From a virus, in the IMG/VR virus record IMGVR_UViG_3300042882_000327, positions 25,960 through 89,959 of that record: a stretch of DNA of 64,000 bases; one strand, written 5' to 3'. Under the pieces are notes generated by a model. It searched no databases, had not been told where the DNA came from, and was given only the letters and a program-made list of their open reading frames with translations. Below, piece by piece: positions 1 through 9,887 of this stretch. Position 1 is the first letter of the stretch, and each line of letters begins with the position of its first letter. Made by a program: the position numbers and the translations under genes.

Positions 1-633
1 TTCACTCAATAGCAATTTAGTAGTATAAACAAGATTCAAATCTTTATAAAAACATTCTTTATCTATATAGTTCTCAACCACAGTAAGAACATCATCCAAT
101 GAAATATAATCAAAATATTTGTTATCTATTTTTATAGGTTCTTTAGTCAGAATTTTTTTGAATAGTTTACTATTATTTTCAGTATCATGGAAGCATCCAA
201 ACAACCGTAAATTATAAAAATTATCTATAGGAAACATCATACGGGATATAATATTTTTACTCATCCCATAATGATCAAAAGGAGAACACGCAAATATGCT
301 CTCCTCTTTTAAATTATTGATATGAAATCTCCTATCAAACTCCGCTCCAGATCCGAAATTAATTAATTTCCCAAATTCTTCTCTTAGTAGATATAAATTA
401 TTAAACATTACCAAATTCTGATGATATGCTTTTGCATTAAACATCATTTTGGTATCTGTATTAGAAGCGCAATTTATAATAACATCTGGTTTATGAATTT
501 TTAATAAACTTCTAACTTCGTTAAAATCTTCCAAGTCTACATCTTTTCTGGATACTGGAATAGCTTCTAAGTTTTTAGACAGAAACTTTCCAATAAATCC
601 AGAAGCCCCTAAAACAAGTATTTTATTTTCCAT
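1..633 (-). CDS. NAD-dependent epimerase/dehydratase/reductase (extended SDR), 3' end truncated by window edge
   Basis: Not in ORF track; hand translation from ATG at 633 gives MENKILVLGASGFIGK (GxxGxxG), later FGSGAEFD and YGMSK (YxxxK); frame still open at base 1. Confidence 0.85.
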   Translation of the reverse strand, partial: MENKILVLGASGFIGKFLSKNLEAIPVSRKDVDLEDFNEVRSLLKIHKPDVIINCASNTDTKMMFNAKAYHQNLVMFNNLYLLREEFGKLINFGSGAEFDRRFHINNLKEESIFACSPFDHYGMSKNIISRMMFPIDNFYNLRLFGCFHDTENNSKLFKKILTKEPIKIDNKYFDYISLDDVLTVVENYIDKECFYKDLNLVYTTKLLLSE

Positions 634-1165
634 AATCGGAAAATTCTACTAGTATAGTATTCTTTCGATCAGTTCTAGTATATGCAAGTTTATATGATGG
701 TAGTATTTTATCGGGGGAATCTAGTTCCAAAACATCCGTATTTTGCAACATTTTTCTAAAAGATTCTGAAAAATTACCTTTGTGTTGATCTTGAGGATTA
801 ATAGGGGTTTCAGAACCGACTGCAACTCTAATAATTACCTTTGGTACATATCCCATATCAGACATAGAAACCATTTTATCCAAATGATTTACTAACTGAT
901 CTGCAGCACATAATAGAAAATTCCATCTTGGGAAGATAGATACCGGAATAAAACCATTTAAAGCCATTCCAATAGAAAACCCAACTTGGAAATTTTCTGC
1001 AATTGGGAATTCCATTTTTCTTTCGGGAGGAACAAGATTCATAGTGTCGTACAATCCAGTACCTTCATATTCTATCGCCTGTCCAATAAAAATTGTATCC
1101 GGTTGCTTGGAAAGCCATTCCATAGCAGAAGATAATTCATTTTTGTATATTAATTGATCGTTCAT
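623..1165 (-). CDS. TPP-dependent enzyme, E1-beta/transketolase pyrimidine-binding subunit
   Basis: EFPIAENFQVGFSIGMALNG and DQLVNHLDK motifs; paired with adjacent E1-alpha gene. Confidence 0.8.
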   Translation of the reverse strand: MNDQLIYKNELSSAMEWLSKQPDTIFIGQAIEYEGTGLYDTMNLVPPERKMEFPIAENFQVGFSIGMALNGFIPVSIFPRWNFLLCAADQLVNHLDKMVSMSDMGYVPKVIIRVAVGSETPINPQDQHKGNFSESFRKMLQNTDVLELDSPDKILPSYKLAYTRTDRKNTILVEFSDYGK

Positions 1166-1794
1166 TAGAATTGTACCCTCACACCAGCCCCGGCATGGGG
1201 ATATACTTTATTACTATATTCATAATAAATCAAATTGGAAGATTCGTACCATTTTCTAGAGTAATTTTTCGGAAGATACCAAGGTACAGTTCTCCCCCAA
1301 ATCTTTTCCGTTGGAGTAGTTACAGAAAGTTTATTATTTTCAACCACAAATGTAATTGGTAATTCATGATTTACAGAATACTTATATGCTTCATGAAAAG
1401 CGCCCGTTTCAGCACTCATATCCCCTACCCAACACCAAACTCTAGATCCAGATTCTTTATTTCTTAAAATAGATTCCGCAATACCAACTGCAATAGACGG
1501 AATGCCTCCGACGATAGAAGAAGAAACAATCTTATACTCAGCAAGATTCATTACCATACTTTTTCCAGCAATAATTTTATCCAATAAAACATTTTCCGGA
1601 ACACCTTTCAATAGGCATTGGTAATGATTTCTCCAAGTACAACAAACCCAATCATTATGTATATCAATTTTTTCAAAAACTTTGAGAATTTGTTTTTCGT
1701 TTCCGTGATATAAATGGACGGGAGATCGTATTTCTTTATTATTAAATCGTCTAGCAACTTCCGTCTCAAATTTAATTAATTGTTTAACGTTCAT
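1165..1794 (-). CDS. TPP-dependent enzyme, E1-alpha-like subunit
   Basis: PVHLYHGNE, SSIVGG and TPP-binding GD...ETGAFHE...VVENN motif. Confidence 0.85.
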   Translation of the reverse strand: MNVKQLIKFETEVARRFNNKEIRSPVHLYHGNEKQILKVFEKIDIHNDWVCCTWRNHYQCLLKGVPENVLLDKIIAGKSMVMNLAEYKIVSSSIVGGIPSIAVGIAESILRNKESGSRVWCWVGDMSAETGAFHEAYKYSVNHELPITFVVENNKLSVTTPTEKIWGRTVPWYLPKNYSRKWYESSNLIYYEYSNKVYPHAGAGVRVQF

Positions 1795-3128
1795 AGTTTA
1801 CTCATAAATTCATCGACACAAATTCCAATATACTTAATCTGTTCTGGAGTTATAACAGGACTAGTTCCATGAAATAATGTATTTGTTGTGGAGAAAGTTG
1901 CATTCGGATATTCATTTCTAGCAGTTTCCAAATCCATTAAATGCGAATATGCAGGTTGTAACATAATATTACCAGCAAAATATGGTCTAGTCTGGATCTT
2001 TTTATCTTCCAAAAAATTCACATAATCAAACCGTTTAAAAGGGGCATCCTTTTTAATTGTAAGAGGGAATGCAAACCAACTAGGATCTGATCCATTTGTC
2101 GCCCTTGGTAGATGAAAATATTCTTCATACTTTTTATATATATCAAATAAAAGATTATAATTTCTTTTGCGAAGAGTTGTAATCTCATCAAGCTTTTCAA
2201 GTTGATGTAACCCCATCGATGCTTGAAGTTCAATGGGCTTTAAGTTGTAACCAATTTCATCATAAACATATTTGTGATCAAAAGTCTCATCAGGAAGAGC
2301 AGGAATCCAATTTTTAAAACGAGATTTACAAGTTCCGCATTTAAGCGTGTTTGCCTTTGGACCAACACAATAACATCCTCTCCCCCATTCTCTAAGACTT
2401 CTTAAAATAACTTCGATTTCAGCAGATTTGGAAGCAACAAATCCTCCTTCTCCCATAGTAATATGATGAGCGGGATAAAAACTACATGATGCCATTTCTC
2501 CAAAACTTCCTAATGGTTCACCATTATATGTAGAACCTAAAGCATCGCAACAATCTTCAAGAAGAACAAGGTTATACTTCTTAACTAAATCCATTACTTG
2601 ATCCATGTTAGGAGGATTTCCCAATACATGTGCAAATGTGATTACTTTTACATCATGTTTCTTTATTAAATCTTCTGCTTTAGTCAAATCCAAATTGAGA
2701 GTATCTAATTCAATATCCAAAAATACTGGATCAAAGCCCATTTGTAATGTTGGATTTAGTGTCGTGGGAAATCCAGCAATAGGCATTAATACTTTTGTTC
2801 CTTTTGGAAATCCATAATAACTCTTGGATGCCAAAGCATTCATCATTAATAAATTTGAACTAGAACCACTATTAGTTAGAATACCATATTTTTTACCAAA
2901 AAATTTAGGGAATTTTCTCTCAAACTTTAGAGAATCTTCACCCATTACTAACCACCCAGCCAATAACGTTTTTACTGCTGCAACATATTCATTATGATCA
3001 AAATACGGACCAGCATAATTAACATAATTTTCCCCAGCTACCCAATTTCTTGAAGCGTTTTTATTCCTAATAAACGCTTCAACTTGCGACAGAATCGAAT
3101 CCAAATGTTCCATAATAATTATCCCCAA
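1791..3128 (-). CDS. rfbH: CDP-4-keto-6-deoxyglucose 3-dehydrase-like (RfbH/DdhC, DegT family)
   Basis: TNSGSSSNLL, EDCCDALGS, SFYPAHHITMGEGG (His at the usual PLP Lys position), WGRGCYC...C cluster, DHKYVY. Confidence 0.85.
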   Translation of the reverse strand: MGIIIMEHLDSILSQVEAFIRNKNASRNWVAGENYVNYAGPYFDHNEYVAAVKTLLAGWLVMGEDSLKFERKFPKFFGKKYGILTNSGSSSNLLMMNALASKSYYGFPKGTKVLMPIAGFPTTLNPTLQMGFDPVFLDIELDTLNLDLTKAEDLIKKHDVKVITFAHVLGNPPNMDQVMDLVKKYNLVLLEDCCDALGSTYNGEPLGSFGEMASCSFYPAHHITMGEGGFVASKSAEIEVILRSLREWGRGCYCVGPKANTLKCGTCKSRFKNWIPALPDETFDHKYVYDEIGYNLKPIELQASMGLHQLEKLDEITTLRKRNYNLLFDIYKKYEEYFHLPRATNGSDPSWFAFPLTIKKDAPFKRFDYVNFLEDKKIQTRPYFAGNIMLQPAYSHLMDLETARNEYPNATFSTTNTLFHGTSPVITPEQIKYIGICVDEFMSKL

Positions 3129-4051
3129 TAAGCAAATGTAGTTTCTAGAAAAGAGAATTCTTTTCTTCGTTGTGGAGCATCAATTTCTAATGGATATATC
3201 CAATGTTCATTAAACATTTCTTGCCATTTTGCATATCCAACATTTTGAGTCCATCTATTTCCTTTAATTCCAAAATATAATTGTAATATTCCTCCCGTTT
3301 GAATTCCCACTTTTCCTTGTTGTTTCGCATGGTCTGCGTAAAAAGGAGATTGATGAGACACCGAAGTTAACAAAACATCATAATCATATTTGTCAATTTC
3401 TCGTTTAATATAATCCAACAACTTTTCAAAAGTATTACAACCTTGATATTGCCTATCATCTAACATAGGATGATAAGGAGAACGAATACAACCAACCAAA
3501 TCGAATGGAACTATTTTATCTTTTCTATCTCCCCAAATCAAGTCTATCTTTTCCCACTGACTCATTATGGATTCATAATGAGAAGAAATTACCAAAACTT
3601 TTTTTCCTTTCAGATATTGGGTCCAAGGATTTTCGACATATCCAACTTCTGCTTCGCCAACTAATAATCCAGGATCTAATACATGATACGTATGCCCAGA
3701 ATAAAAAATAGGTATATTTGAAAATTGCGATAGGAATTTCTGATTGCGCGAAATGTCGCCAGAAATATCAACAAATCCAAGGATATCCGAATTTTTCATC
3801 ACTTTAATTGTTTCCGGATATACATACGAATATACATAATCCATTGATCTGGGATTAATTCCAGCTTCAATTAGTGTATTCTCATTGAAGAATTGATGGA
3901 CAGGAAGAGTTCCTTTATCCATACAATCCAAAACATATCCTGCAGTATTATCTATACGAACAATAGAAAATGATTTATCTTCTTTTAGCCATGCGGCAAT
4001 AGTATCATTCAACTCAACAAAATTATTAGAAACGTACATATCACTTACCAA
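3119..4051 (-). CDS. putative glycosyltransferase (GT-D-like)
   Basis: FSIVRI, LKGKKVLVISSH, GIQTGGILQLYFGIKGNRW; within sugar cluster. Confidence 0.55.
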   Translation of the reverse strand: MVSDMYVSNNFVELNDTIAAWLKEDKSFSIVRIDNTAGYVLDCMDKGTLPVHQFFNENTLIEAGINPRSMDYVYSYVYPETIKVMKNSDILGFVDISGDISRNQKFLSQFSNIPIFYSGHTYHVLDPGLLVGEAEVGYVENPWTQYLKGKKVLVISSHYESIMSQWEKIDLIWGDRKDKIVPFDLVGCIRSPYHPMLDDRQYQGCNTFEKLLDYIKREIDKYDYDVLLTSVSHQSPFYADHAKQQGKVGIQTGGILQLYFGIKGNRWTQNVGYAKWQEMFNEHWIYPLEIDAPQRRKEFSFLETTFAYWG

Positions 4052-4889
4052 TAATGTATCTTAAAAAACTATATAGTCCATTCAAATCCGGTGTTCTGTG
4101 GAACAATGGTTGAGAAGCTATTGACGAAAACGCATTAAGACTTCTTTCATATCTAACTATCGTATCTAATATTGATTCTGTTGAATCATAATCGGCATAG
4201 TTAATATAACACCTATCATTAAAATCTAATGCTGTACTTTGAGGTCCGTAATATATTGGTATACATCCGGCAATTTTCGCTTCGAATAACTTTTCCGTTG
4301 TGTAGCCGTCAGTAATAGAATTTTCGAAACAAATATTCCATCGATAATTTTCTAAAAGTTTAACTTTACACCCTTCATATGGATTGCCAAATGCTCTTCC
4401 AAATGTATGAACTCCTTTAAACTCATTCAATTTACTAGCAACATCAAACCTATTCTGAACTGCGTTTCCTATAACAATAGCACAAAAGTTTTCTCTATCC
4501 CAAATCTCTTTCGGTTGCCATTTATGATTCATCTGATCTAATGATATTCTTGCGTGGGGAAAATTGGGTTCATTCCACCAATTAACATAGAGATACCAAT
4601 GAGGAAGTCTAAAATTTCTACCACTATAAGTATCAAAATCAAAGGAAAGAGTATAATCAGCAAAAGCGAATTCTGCTCTTTCATTTTCGCCAGTATAGAA
4701 AATCTTGACAGCTTTAGAATTTTTATGTTTAAATCGTTCTTTACCAAATGAAGAAGCAAATATAATATCCGCTTCTTTCGGAGAAGAATTAAAATTAAAT
4801 TCTTTATTAAAGCAATCTTTAAATACTAGATTAAACCAATTAGAATTTGGATCAAATCCGGGCCAAAAGTCTAAATAGCAAATATTCAT
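4041..4889 (-). CDS. glycosyltransferase family 10 (alpha-1,3-fucosyltransferase-like)
   Basis: IFYTGEN and WNICFENSITDGYTTEKLFEAKIAGCIPIYYG GT10 motif. Confidence 0.85.
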   Translation of the reverse strand: MNICYLDFWPGFDPNSNWFNLVFKDCFNKEFNFNSSPKEADIIFASSFGKERFKHKNSKAVKIFYTGENERAEFAFADYTLSFDFDTYSGRNFRLPHWYLYVNWWNEPNFPHARISLDQMNHKWQPKEIWDRENFCAIVIGNAVQNRFDVASKLNEFKGVHTFGRAFGNPYEGCKVKLLENYRWNICFENSITDGYTTEKLFEAKIAGCIPIYYGPQSTALDFNDRCYINYADYDSTESILDTIVRYERSLNAFSSIASQPLFHRTPDLNGLYSFLRYIIGK

Positions 4890-5654
4890 TTAAAATCTCG
4901 CATTAGTATCATATACAAAAATATTATTTTTTTCTTCATTAACATGATATAAAGCATTCAATGCTTTGTGATCCATTTTCATATCATAAATTACAGATTT
5001 TAACAGATCATTACATTTTTGGAACATTTCTGCCATTTCTTGTTCGGCTTGTTCTTTTTTATACCCCGTTCCAGCGGGATGTTTAATTTCGAAATTATAA
5101 TCTCTAATTACATATTTTCTTCTAAGATGTGAAAATGCACAGATCAGAAGATCCCAGCCCCAACCAAGATGATTTGTTTCCATCAAACTCACTTCACTCT
5201 TCATGTCAGAAATAATATCTTTATGAACCATCCAGCATGTATTATCTGTATCAGCTACTACTCGGAGATTATTTTCAAGATCAAACATATCCGTTCTTTC
5301 CGAAATATAGTAGGTGTCATTTACATTTGGAGCATAAACTCCCCATTGATATTTTTCATATGATTTTTCTGCCGACTTTAGAATATTTTCCCAATTATCA
5401 TAAGAAGCATCTGATTGAACATGCCAAAAGAAATCATATTCCGACTCATCAAATAATTCAAGAGCTTTTCTAAATTGATCCGAAAAATAGCATTCATTGC
5501 CTATATTGATCCAATGATCGTGTTTATTATCATCATCGGAATTAATAACCGTGACATCAACCATCGACGATAGATATTCTTCTAAAAATATTGTATTTTT
5601 ATATTGCCCCTTCCACGAAAATATAAAACATTTAATTCTCATTTTTTTCTCCAA
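4890..5654 (-). CDS. putative glycosyltransferase (GT-A-like)
   Basis: GWGWD motif, VIRD...HP; cluster context. Confidence 0.5.
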   Translation of the reverse strand: MEKKMRIKCFIFSWKGQYKNTIFLEEYLSSMVDVTVINSDDDNKHDHWINIGNECYFSDQFRKALELFDESEYDFFWHVQSDASYDNWENILKSAEKSYEKYQWGVYAPNVNDTYYISERTDMFDLENNLRVVADTDNTCWMVHKDIISDMKSEVSLMETNHLGWGWDLLICAFSHLRRKYVIRDYNFEIKHPAGTGYKKEQAEQEMAEMFQKCNDLLKSVIYDMKMDHKALNALYHVNEEKNNIFVYDTNARF

Positions 5655-6379
5655 GGAAATTCGCCTTTATATTTTTCAATCATAATTTCATTACCATTAA
5701 TAAAGAATTCTTTTTTAACCGACCTTTCGGTATTACCCGCACGATAATTTACAGTATATTGACCCGTACATTCTTGTGCTAGATTATTACTTCTTAAAAC
5801 ATGAGTCAAAAATCTATCTACTTCCGGCACTCCGGGTTCTCTTGCTTTACGATACCAAATGGGAGAAGTTTGTAGAGCTACCTCTTTGGGCAAAAAGAAG
5901 CAATTAACATCAACAAAATAATCTCGTTCATCCAGTATAGATGGATAATTCCCCAAAGATTCGCAATCATCATTGCAAACATAATTGCCTTCGGCATCAA
6001 CAATCTTCCTCAAAGAATATGCCCATCCCTTTCCGGAAATTGCTTCCATCAAAGATTCTACATGAGTTTCATCATACCAGTTATCTTCGTCTAGGAAACA
6101 AACAAAATCTCCTTTACAGAGATAAATAGATGCTCCATAAATTCTGTGACCATTAAATCTATCTTCGCCAGTTGGATATGGAAGAGGAATAACATCTACT
6201 AGCCTATTAGAAATATCAGTATCTTTTAAAATATCAGCAACTTTGTCAAGATACTTCTTTCCATCAACTACAATTAGATGTTGAATATGTTTGTAAGTTT
6301 GTTTTTGAATTGATTCAACTGCTTTTTTTAGATACTGAGTACCTGTGGTTGGTGTAATCACCGTCACTGTTTGATTCAT
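5639..6379 (-). CDS. glycosyltransferase family 2
   Basis: VTVITPT...AVESIQKQTY...LIVVDG and FLDEDN (DxD). Confidence 0.85.
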   Translation of the reverse strand: MNQTVTVITPTTGTQYLKKAVESIQKQTYKHIQHLIVVDGKKYLDKVADILKDTDISNRLVDVIPLPYPTGEDRFNGHRIYGASIYLCKGDFVCFLDEDNWYDETHVESLMEAISGKGWAYSLRKIVDAEGNYVCNDDCESLGNYPSILDERDYFVDVNCFFLPKEVALQTSPIWYRKAREPGVPEVDRFLTHVLRSNNLAQECTGQYTVNYRAGNTERSVKKEFFINGNEIMIEKYKGEFPWRKK

Positions 6380-6387
6380 AATAAGTC

Positions 6388-6816
6388 CTATAATCTTAAA
6401 ATTCCAAAATGTTCTTTTGATCCTTCAATCGGATCAATGGTATATATAACTGTTTTTATCCCATAATCTTTTATACATCTAATACACCCATCACAAGGCA
6501 TACAAATGCCGGAGATAAAAGAGTCTTTTTTTGTGGACTCGTATTTCACTCTAGCAACATATAGAGTGGACTTTTCAAATTTATCGAAATGTATTTTTTT
6601 ATCGGCATTAAAAATAGCAGAAGTTTCAGAATGCCAATAAATAGCTTCTTCATTTCTTGAATATCTACTTTGATATGGATGGGATTTCATTTGATTCACC
6701 CCATAGGATATTATTTTATTTCTATAAACAAGTGCTGACGCAATCCAGACTTTTGGATGAGTTCCAGAAAGCGCCAGAGTTTTTAGATCATCTATCAATT
6801 TTAAATCAATCTTCAT
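6388..6816 (-). CDS. zinc-dependent deaminase (cytidine/dCMP deaminase superfamily)
   Basis: HSE and PCDGC motifs; start moved to ATG 6816 because the track's TTG at 6852 is the -35 box of a promoter. Confidence 0.75.
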   Translation of the reverse strand: MKIDLKLIDDLKTLALSGTHPKVWIASALVYRNKIISYGVNQMKSHPYQSRYSRNEEAIYWHSETSAIFNADKKIHFDKFEKSTLYVARVKYESTKKDSFISGICMPCDGCIRCIKDYGIKTVIYTIDPIEGSKEHFGILRL

Positions 6817-6822
6817 AGGATC

Positions 6823-6852
6823 ATTATACCACGAAGATATACAAATTGTCAA
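6823..6852 (-). promoter_or_regulatory. sigma70-type promoter
   Basis: TTGACA-18 nt-TATAAT with extended -10 TG. Confidence 0.75.
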
Positions 6853-7403
6853 ATGTATTCGTTATATGTAGTTATTATGTACTTTGGTCCAGAAATTGGT
6901 TTTTTTCCTGTATGAATATTAGTCCACAAGGGAGGAAACATTAAAAGATTTCCCATTTCTGGTTTGATAATTATCTCATCTTCTCTACCGAAAGTAGTTT
7001 CTCCCCCAATTTCCACATTATTTAAATAAAATAAAAATGACAAATACCTTTTTGCAGATTCTTTATTCTGAACATCTACATGCAATTTAAACTCATGAAA
7101 ATCATTTGGTAAATACTTCTTGATTCTAATCTCTTCAAATGCATAAGTATTGGGAAATTGGTGTTCGTCTATACCAAAATGTTCTTTATAATCTTTTGTA
7201 TATTCCTTGCAAAGATATAGAAAATATTCGATCAAGTCTCCCCATTTCTGGGGATTTTTATTGATATTCAATTCTGTAAACTTGATGTAATCATTTATAT
7301 TTCGTTCTTCATGCTCTTCCGGAGAAGATTCGAACATATTAATAATAGTATCACACGTCTGTTGATTTAAAACATTTTTATAAAGTCTAGTGAAATCAAA
7401 CAT
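6849..7403 (-). CDS. 2OG-Fe(II) oxygenase
   Basis: HVD...FLFYLNNVEIGGETTF...FPPLWTNIH...KYII. Confidence 0.9.
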   Translation of the reverse strand: MFDFTRLYKNVLNQQTCDTIINMFESSPEEHEERNINDYIKFTELNINKNPQKWGDLIEYFLYLCKEYTKDYKEHFGIDEHQFPNTYAFEEIRIKKYLPNDFHEFKLHVDVQNKESAKRYLSFLFYLNNVEIGGETTFGREDEIIIKPEMGNLLMFPPLWTNIHTGKKPISGPKYIITTYNEYI

Positions 7404-8782
7404 TATATTTTAAATCCTTCAAATTTATCTTTCATACTTTTGTGTTGAGGCATTTGTGGCATTTGTCCGGAATCAGTAATTCCTACTTGAGCAGAATTTT
7501 CAACGTCATATAATCTCATCTTTGCTCTATCAATGCCTACAACAAATCGCTTATTAATATTCTTGTCCGCATATCTACTTTTAATTTGCTTAATCATAAT
7601 CTGTCCCAGAGAATCTAATTCTTCAGTAGATATGAGAGCAACAATCCAGTCTGCCGTCATACTTGTACCATGAGATTCTGAAACATCTTCCATATTAGGA
7701 TCAGAGCTTGATCCGCCCCCACGATTAAATTGAGAAGAACTTAAAATTGGAACTTTAAATTCGACTGCAAGTCCTCGTAACTCTTCGGCAATTGCTTTAA
7801 CATAAGAATACATATTAACCGAAGAACTTAGTTTTAATCGAGAAGAAGAACAGATGTTCATATAGTCTACAACGATTATATCCGGAATAAAATTCTTTTT
7901 TAAATTTAATTCATTCAACAAGTTTCTAAAATGAATAACTCCAGCAGACGAAGTTGGGTATTGTTTGATAATCAGCTTTCCAACGGTATTAGATCTGATC
8001 TTGCCTATCTTCCTATCAAACAATTCTTTTGGCATACTCATCAACTCGTCCATAGAAACATTCATTAGATTAGCATCGATTCTTTTACCAATTTCTTCTT
8101 CGGACATTTCTAATGTGATATACAAAACATTCTTGCCTATCTGTAGGTAGTGAGAGGCAAAATGACACTTAGTCAACGTCTTACCAACATTTGTTCCAGA
8201 AATTAAAAGATTAAGTGTTCCTTTGGGAAGTCCACCATTAGTAATTTTATTAAAGTATTCCAAATCAAACGGAATTCTTTCTTCTTTACGATGATAGTAT
8301 TCATATCTAGAATCAAAGTCTTCAATGAAGTCATGCCCAACGCTTTGATCAAAAGATACTGCCAAAGCATCAGACAAAATCTTAGGAATGGAACCTTTAT
8401 CTAGAGTTTTATTCTTTCCGTCCAATATAGAAATTGACTCCAAAACTCCGTTGTAGATTGCCTGATCTTGGCAGAATTTTTCGGTCTTATCGACTAACCA
8501 TTCTTGTTTACATAATTCATCTTTAGTAGATTGTATCTCATTCAGAACTTCGATACTTTGTGTATATTCTTCTTCAGATAAATTGTTTTCATTCAACTGA
8601 ATGATTAAAGACTCGTAGGTAGGATTTGTATTATATTCTCCCACAAAGTCTTTAATCTGCTCATAAATTGTCTTTTCAGTTCTATCAGAGAAATATTCGG
8701 ATTTAATAAAAGGCAAAACCTTTCTAGTATAATCCTCATCATATATTAAATGCTTTAAAATAGCATGTTCAATTCTCATCAA
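7403..8782 (-). CDS. gp41: replicative DNA helicase
   Basis: Walker A GTNVGKT, YITLEMSEE, VVDYMNI; T4 gp41 architecture and synteny. Confidence 0.95.
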   Translation of the reverse strand: MMRIEHAILKHLIYDEDYTRKVLPFIKSEYFSDRTEKTIYEQIKDFVGEYNTNPTYESLIIQLNENNLSEEEYTQSIEVLNEIQSTKDELCKQEWLVDKTEKFCQDQAIYNGVLESISILDGKNKTLDKGSIPKILSDALAVSFDQSVGHDFIEDFDSRYEYYHRKEERIPFDLEYFNKITNGGLPKGTLNLLISGTNVGKTLTKCHFASHYLQIGKNVLYITLEMSEEEIGKRIDANLMNVSMDELMSMPKELFDRKIGKIRSNTVGKLIIKQYPTSSAGVIHFRNLLNELNLKKNFIPDIIVVDYMNICSSSRLKLSSSVNMYSYVKAIAEELRGLAVEFKVPILSSSQFNRGGGSSSDPNMEDVSESHGTSMTADWIVALISTEELDSLGQIMIKQIKSRYADKNINKRFVVGIDRAKMRLYDVENSAQVGITDSGQMPQMPQHKSMKDKFEGFKI

Positions 8783-9090
8783 ACCTCCTCGGTTTCTGAT
8801 TTCAGCCTTTGTTCAATCAATGAAACTAAAATATTTCCAATATGATTTTTAAAATCATCTTCGCTCTCCAAATCATCATTACCATTATTATCTATAATAT
8901 CATAATTAAAAGATAGCACTGGATTATTTGGATCTTCATCAATCGAAACACCACCATATCGATAGACAACTCCAGCATATTCTCCAGCTAGTAATTTTAT
9001 ATCAATATTATCAGACACCTCTTCTGGAATAACAAATTTGAAATCCACTCCTTCCAAATATTCTTTATTAATCATCTTCTTCTTCTCCAT
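8779..9090 (-). CDS. hypothetical protein at the position of T4 gp40
   Basis: ORF between uvsX and gp41; start chosen to minimise overlap with uvsX. Confidence 0.55.
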   Translation of the reverse strand: MEKKKMINKEYLEGVDFKFVIPEEVSDNIDIKLLAGEYAGVVYRYGGVSIDEDPNNPVLSFNYDIIDNNGNDDLESEDDFKNHIGNILVSLIEQRLKSETEEV

Positions 9091-9673
9091 ATTCACTATC
9101 TTGATTTTTGTTAAACTCTTCTTCAATATCATTATCAGAAATGATAGCATGAGAAGAAATAGCGTAGCGTTCATAAATGTCATTCTTAAACCTTTCAGAA
9201 TTCAAAATTGGTTCCCAAAACTCTTTTGTATTGGTTTCTTTTAATCTATATTTTTTATCTTCAACTTCTCCAGTTTCTTTATTAACTCTGGAATACCATC
9301 CATTAGATGGTTTCATAACAAACCCAAGTTCCAAAGCAATATCAATCAAACCAGAATATTTACTAACCCCATTATCAAAAGAAATATTAATTGGAATTTT
9401 GGACTTTTCTCTAACATACCTGGATTTTTCTACATTAATAATGAAGTTATATCCAGACAATTCTGTACCATCCTTTTCTTGTTGGCGACCAAGGATATAA
9501 ATATTGTCTGCCGAATAATAACTCCCCGTGTTGTGTGTTACCACATTATTTTCAAGCACATAATGTTCAGCGTCTTTAACTGAAATATCATAAACTTTAT
9601 GTCTTCCAACCGACTTAATTGATTTAATAGTTTTAGTCCATTTATTAGACCATTTAACTGATTTAATTTTCAT
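9068..9673 (-). CDS. uvsX: UvsX recombinase C-terminal part, preceded by C-intein (9530-9673)
   Basis: VYDISVKDAEHYVLENNVVTHN|T intein F/G blocks, then TGSYYSADNIYILGRQQEK and NVEKSRYVREKSK; own SD (AGAGGA) and ATG. Confidence 0.92.
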   Translation of the reverse strand: MKIKSVKWSNKWTKTIKSIKSVGRHKVYDISVKDAEHYVLENNVVTHNTGSYYSADNIYILGRQQEKDGTELSGYNFIINVEKSRYVREKSKIPINISFDNGVSKYSGLIDIALELGFVMKPSNGWYSRVNKETGEVEDKKYRLKETNTKEFWEPILNSERFKNDIYERYAISSHAIISDNDIEEEFNKNQDSEYGEEEDD

Positions 9674-9887
9674 AATTTAGTTTCCTCTTACAATTTTCAT
9701 TATGCCATCTTTTCAAATTAGAAGCTGTTGTTACTACATCACAATACTCACCTTTATACTTTGGTTCTGGATTCAATTTTCTAGGATTAACCCAATCAGG
9801 ACTATTACACAATTCATCATTTTTAGAAACTCTTACAATTTCTTTTGTATATAAATTCTGAATCTTAATATATTGCCGATTCCATTC
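9663..9887 (-). pseudogene. start-less C-terminal remnant of a homing endonuclease
   Basis: 74 sense codons with no ATG, ending KYKGEYCDVVTTASNLKRWHNENCKRKLNYEN, resembling the CxxC...RWHxxNCK tail of phage free-standing endonucleases. Confidence 0.6.

Noticed and set aside
623-1794. Pyruvate dehydrogenase as a central-metabolism AMG
   Set aside because: Both subunits are short, no E2/E3 present, and they sit inside a nucleotide-sugar operon
9674-9864. UvsX break as a sequencing frameshift in a contiguous intein
   Set aside because: Would need two frame changes; the second half has its own SD and ATG and the gap peptide is not intein-like
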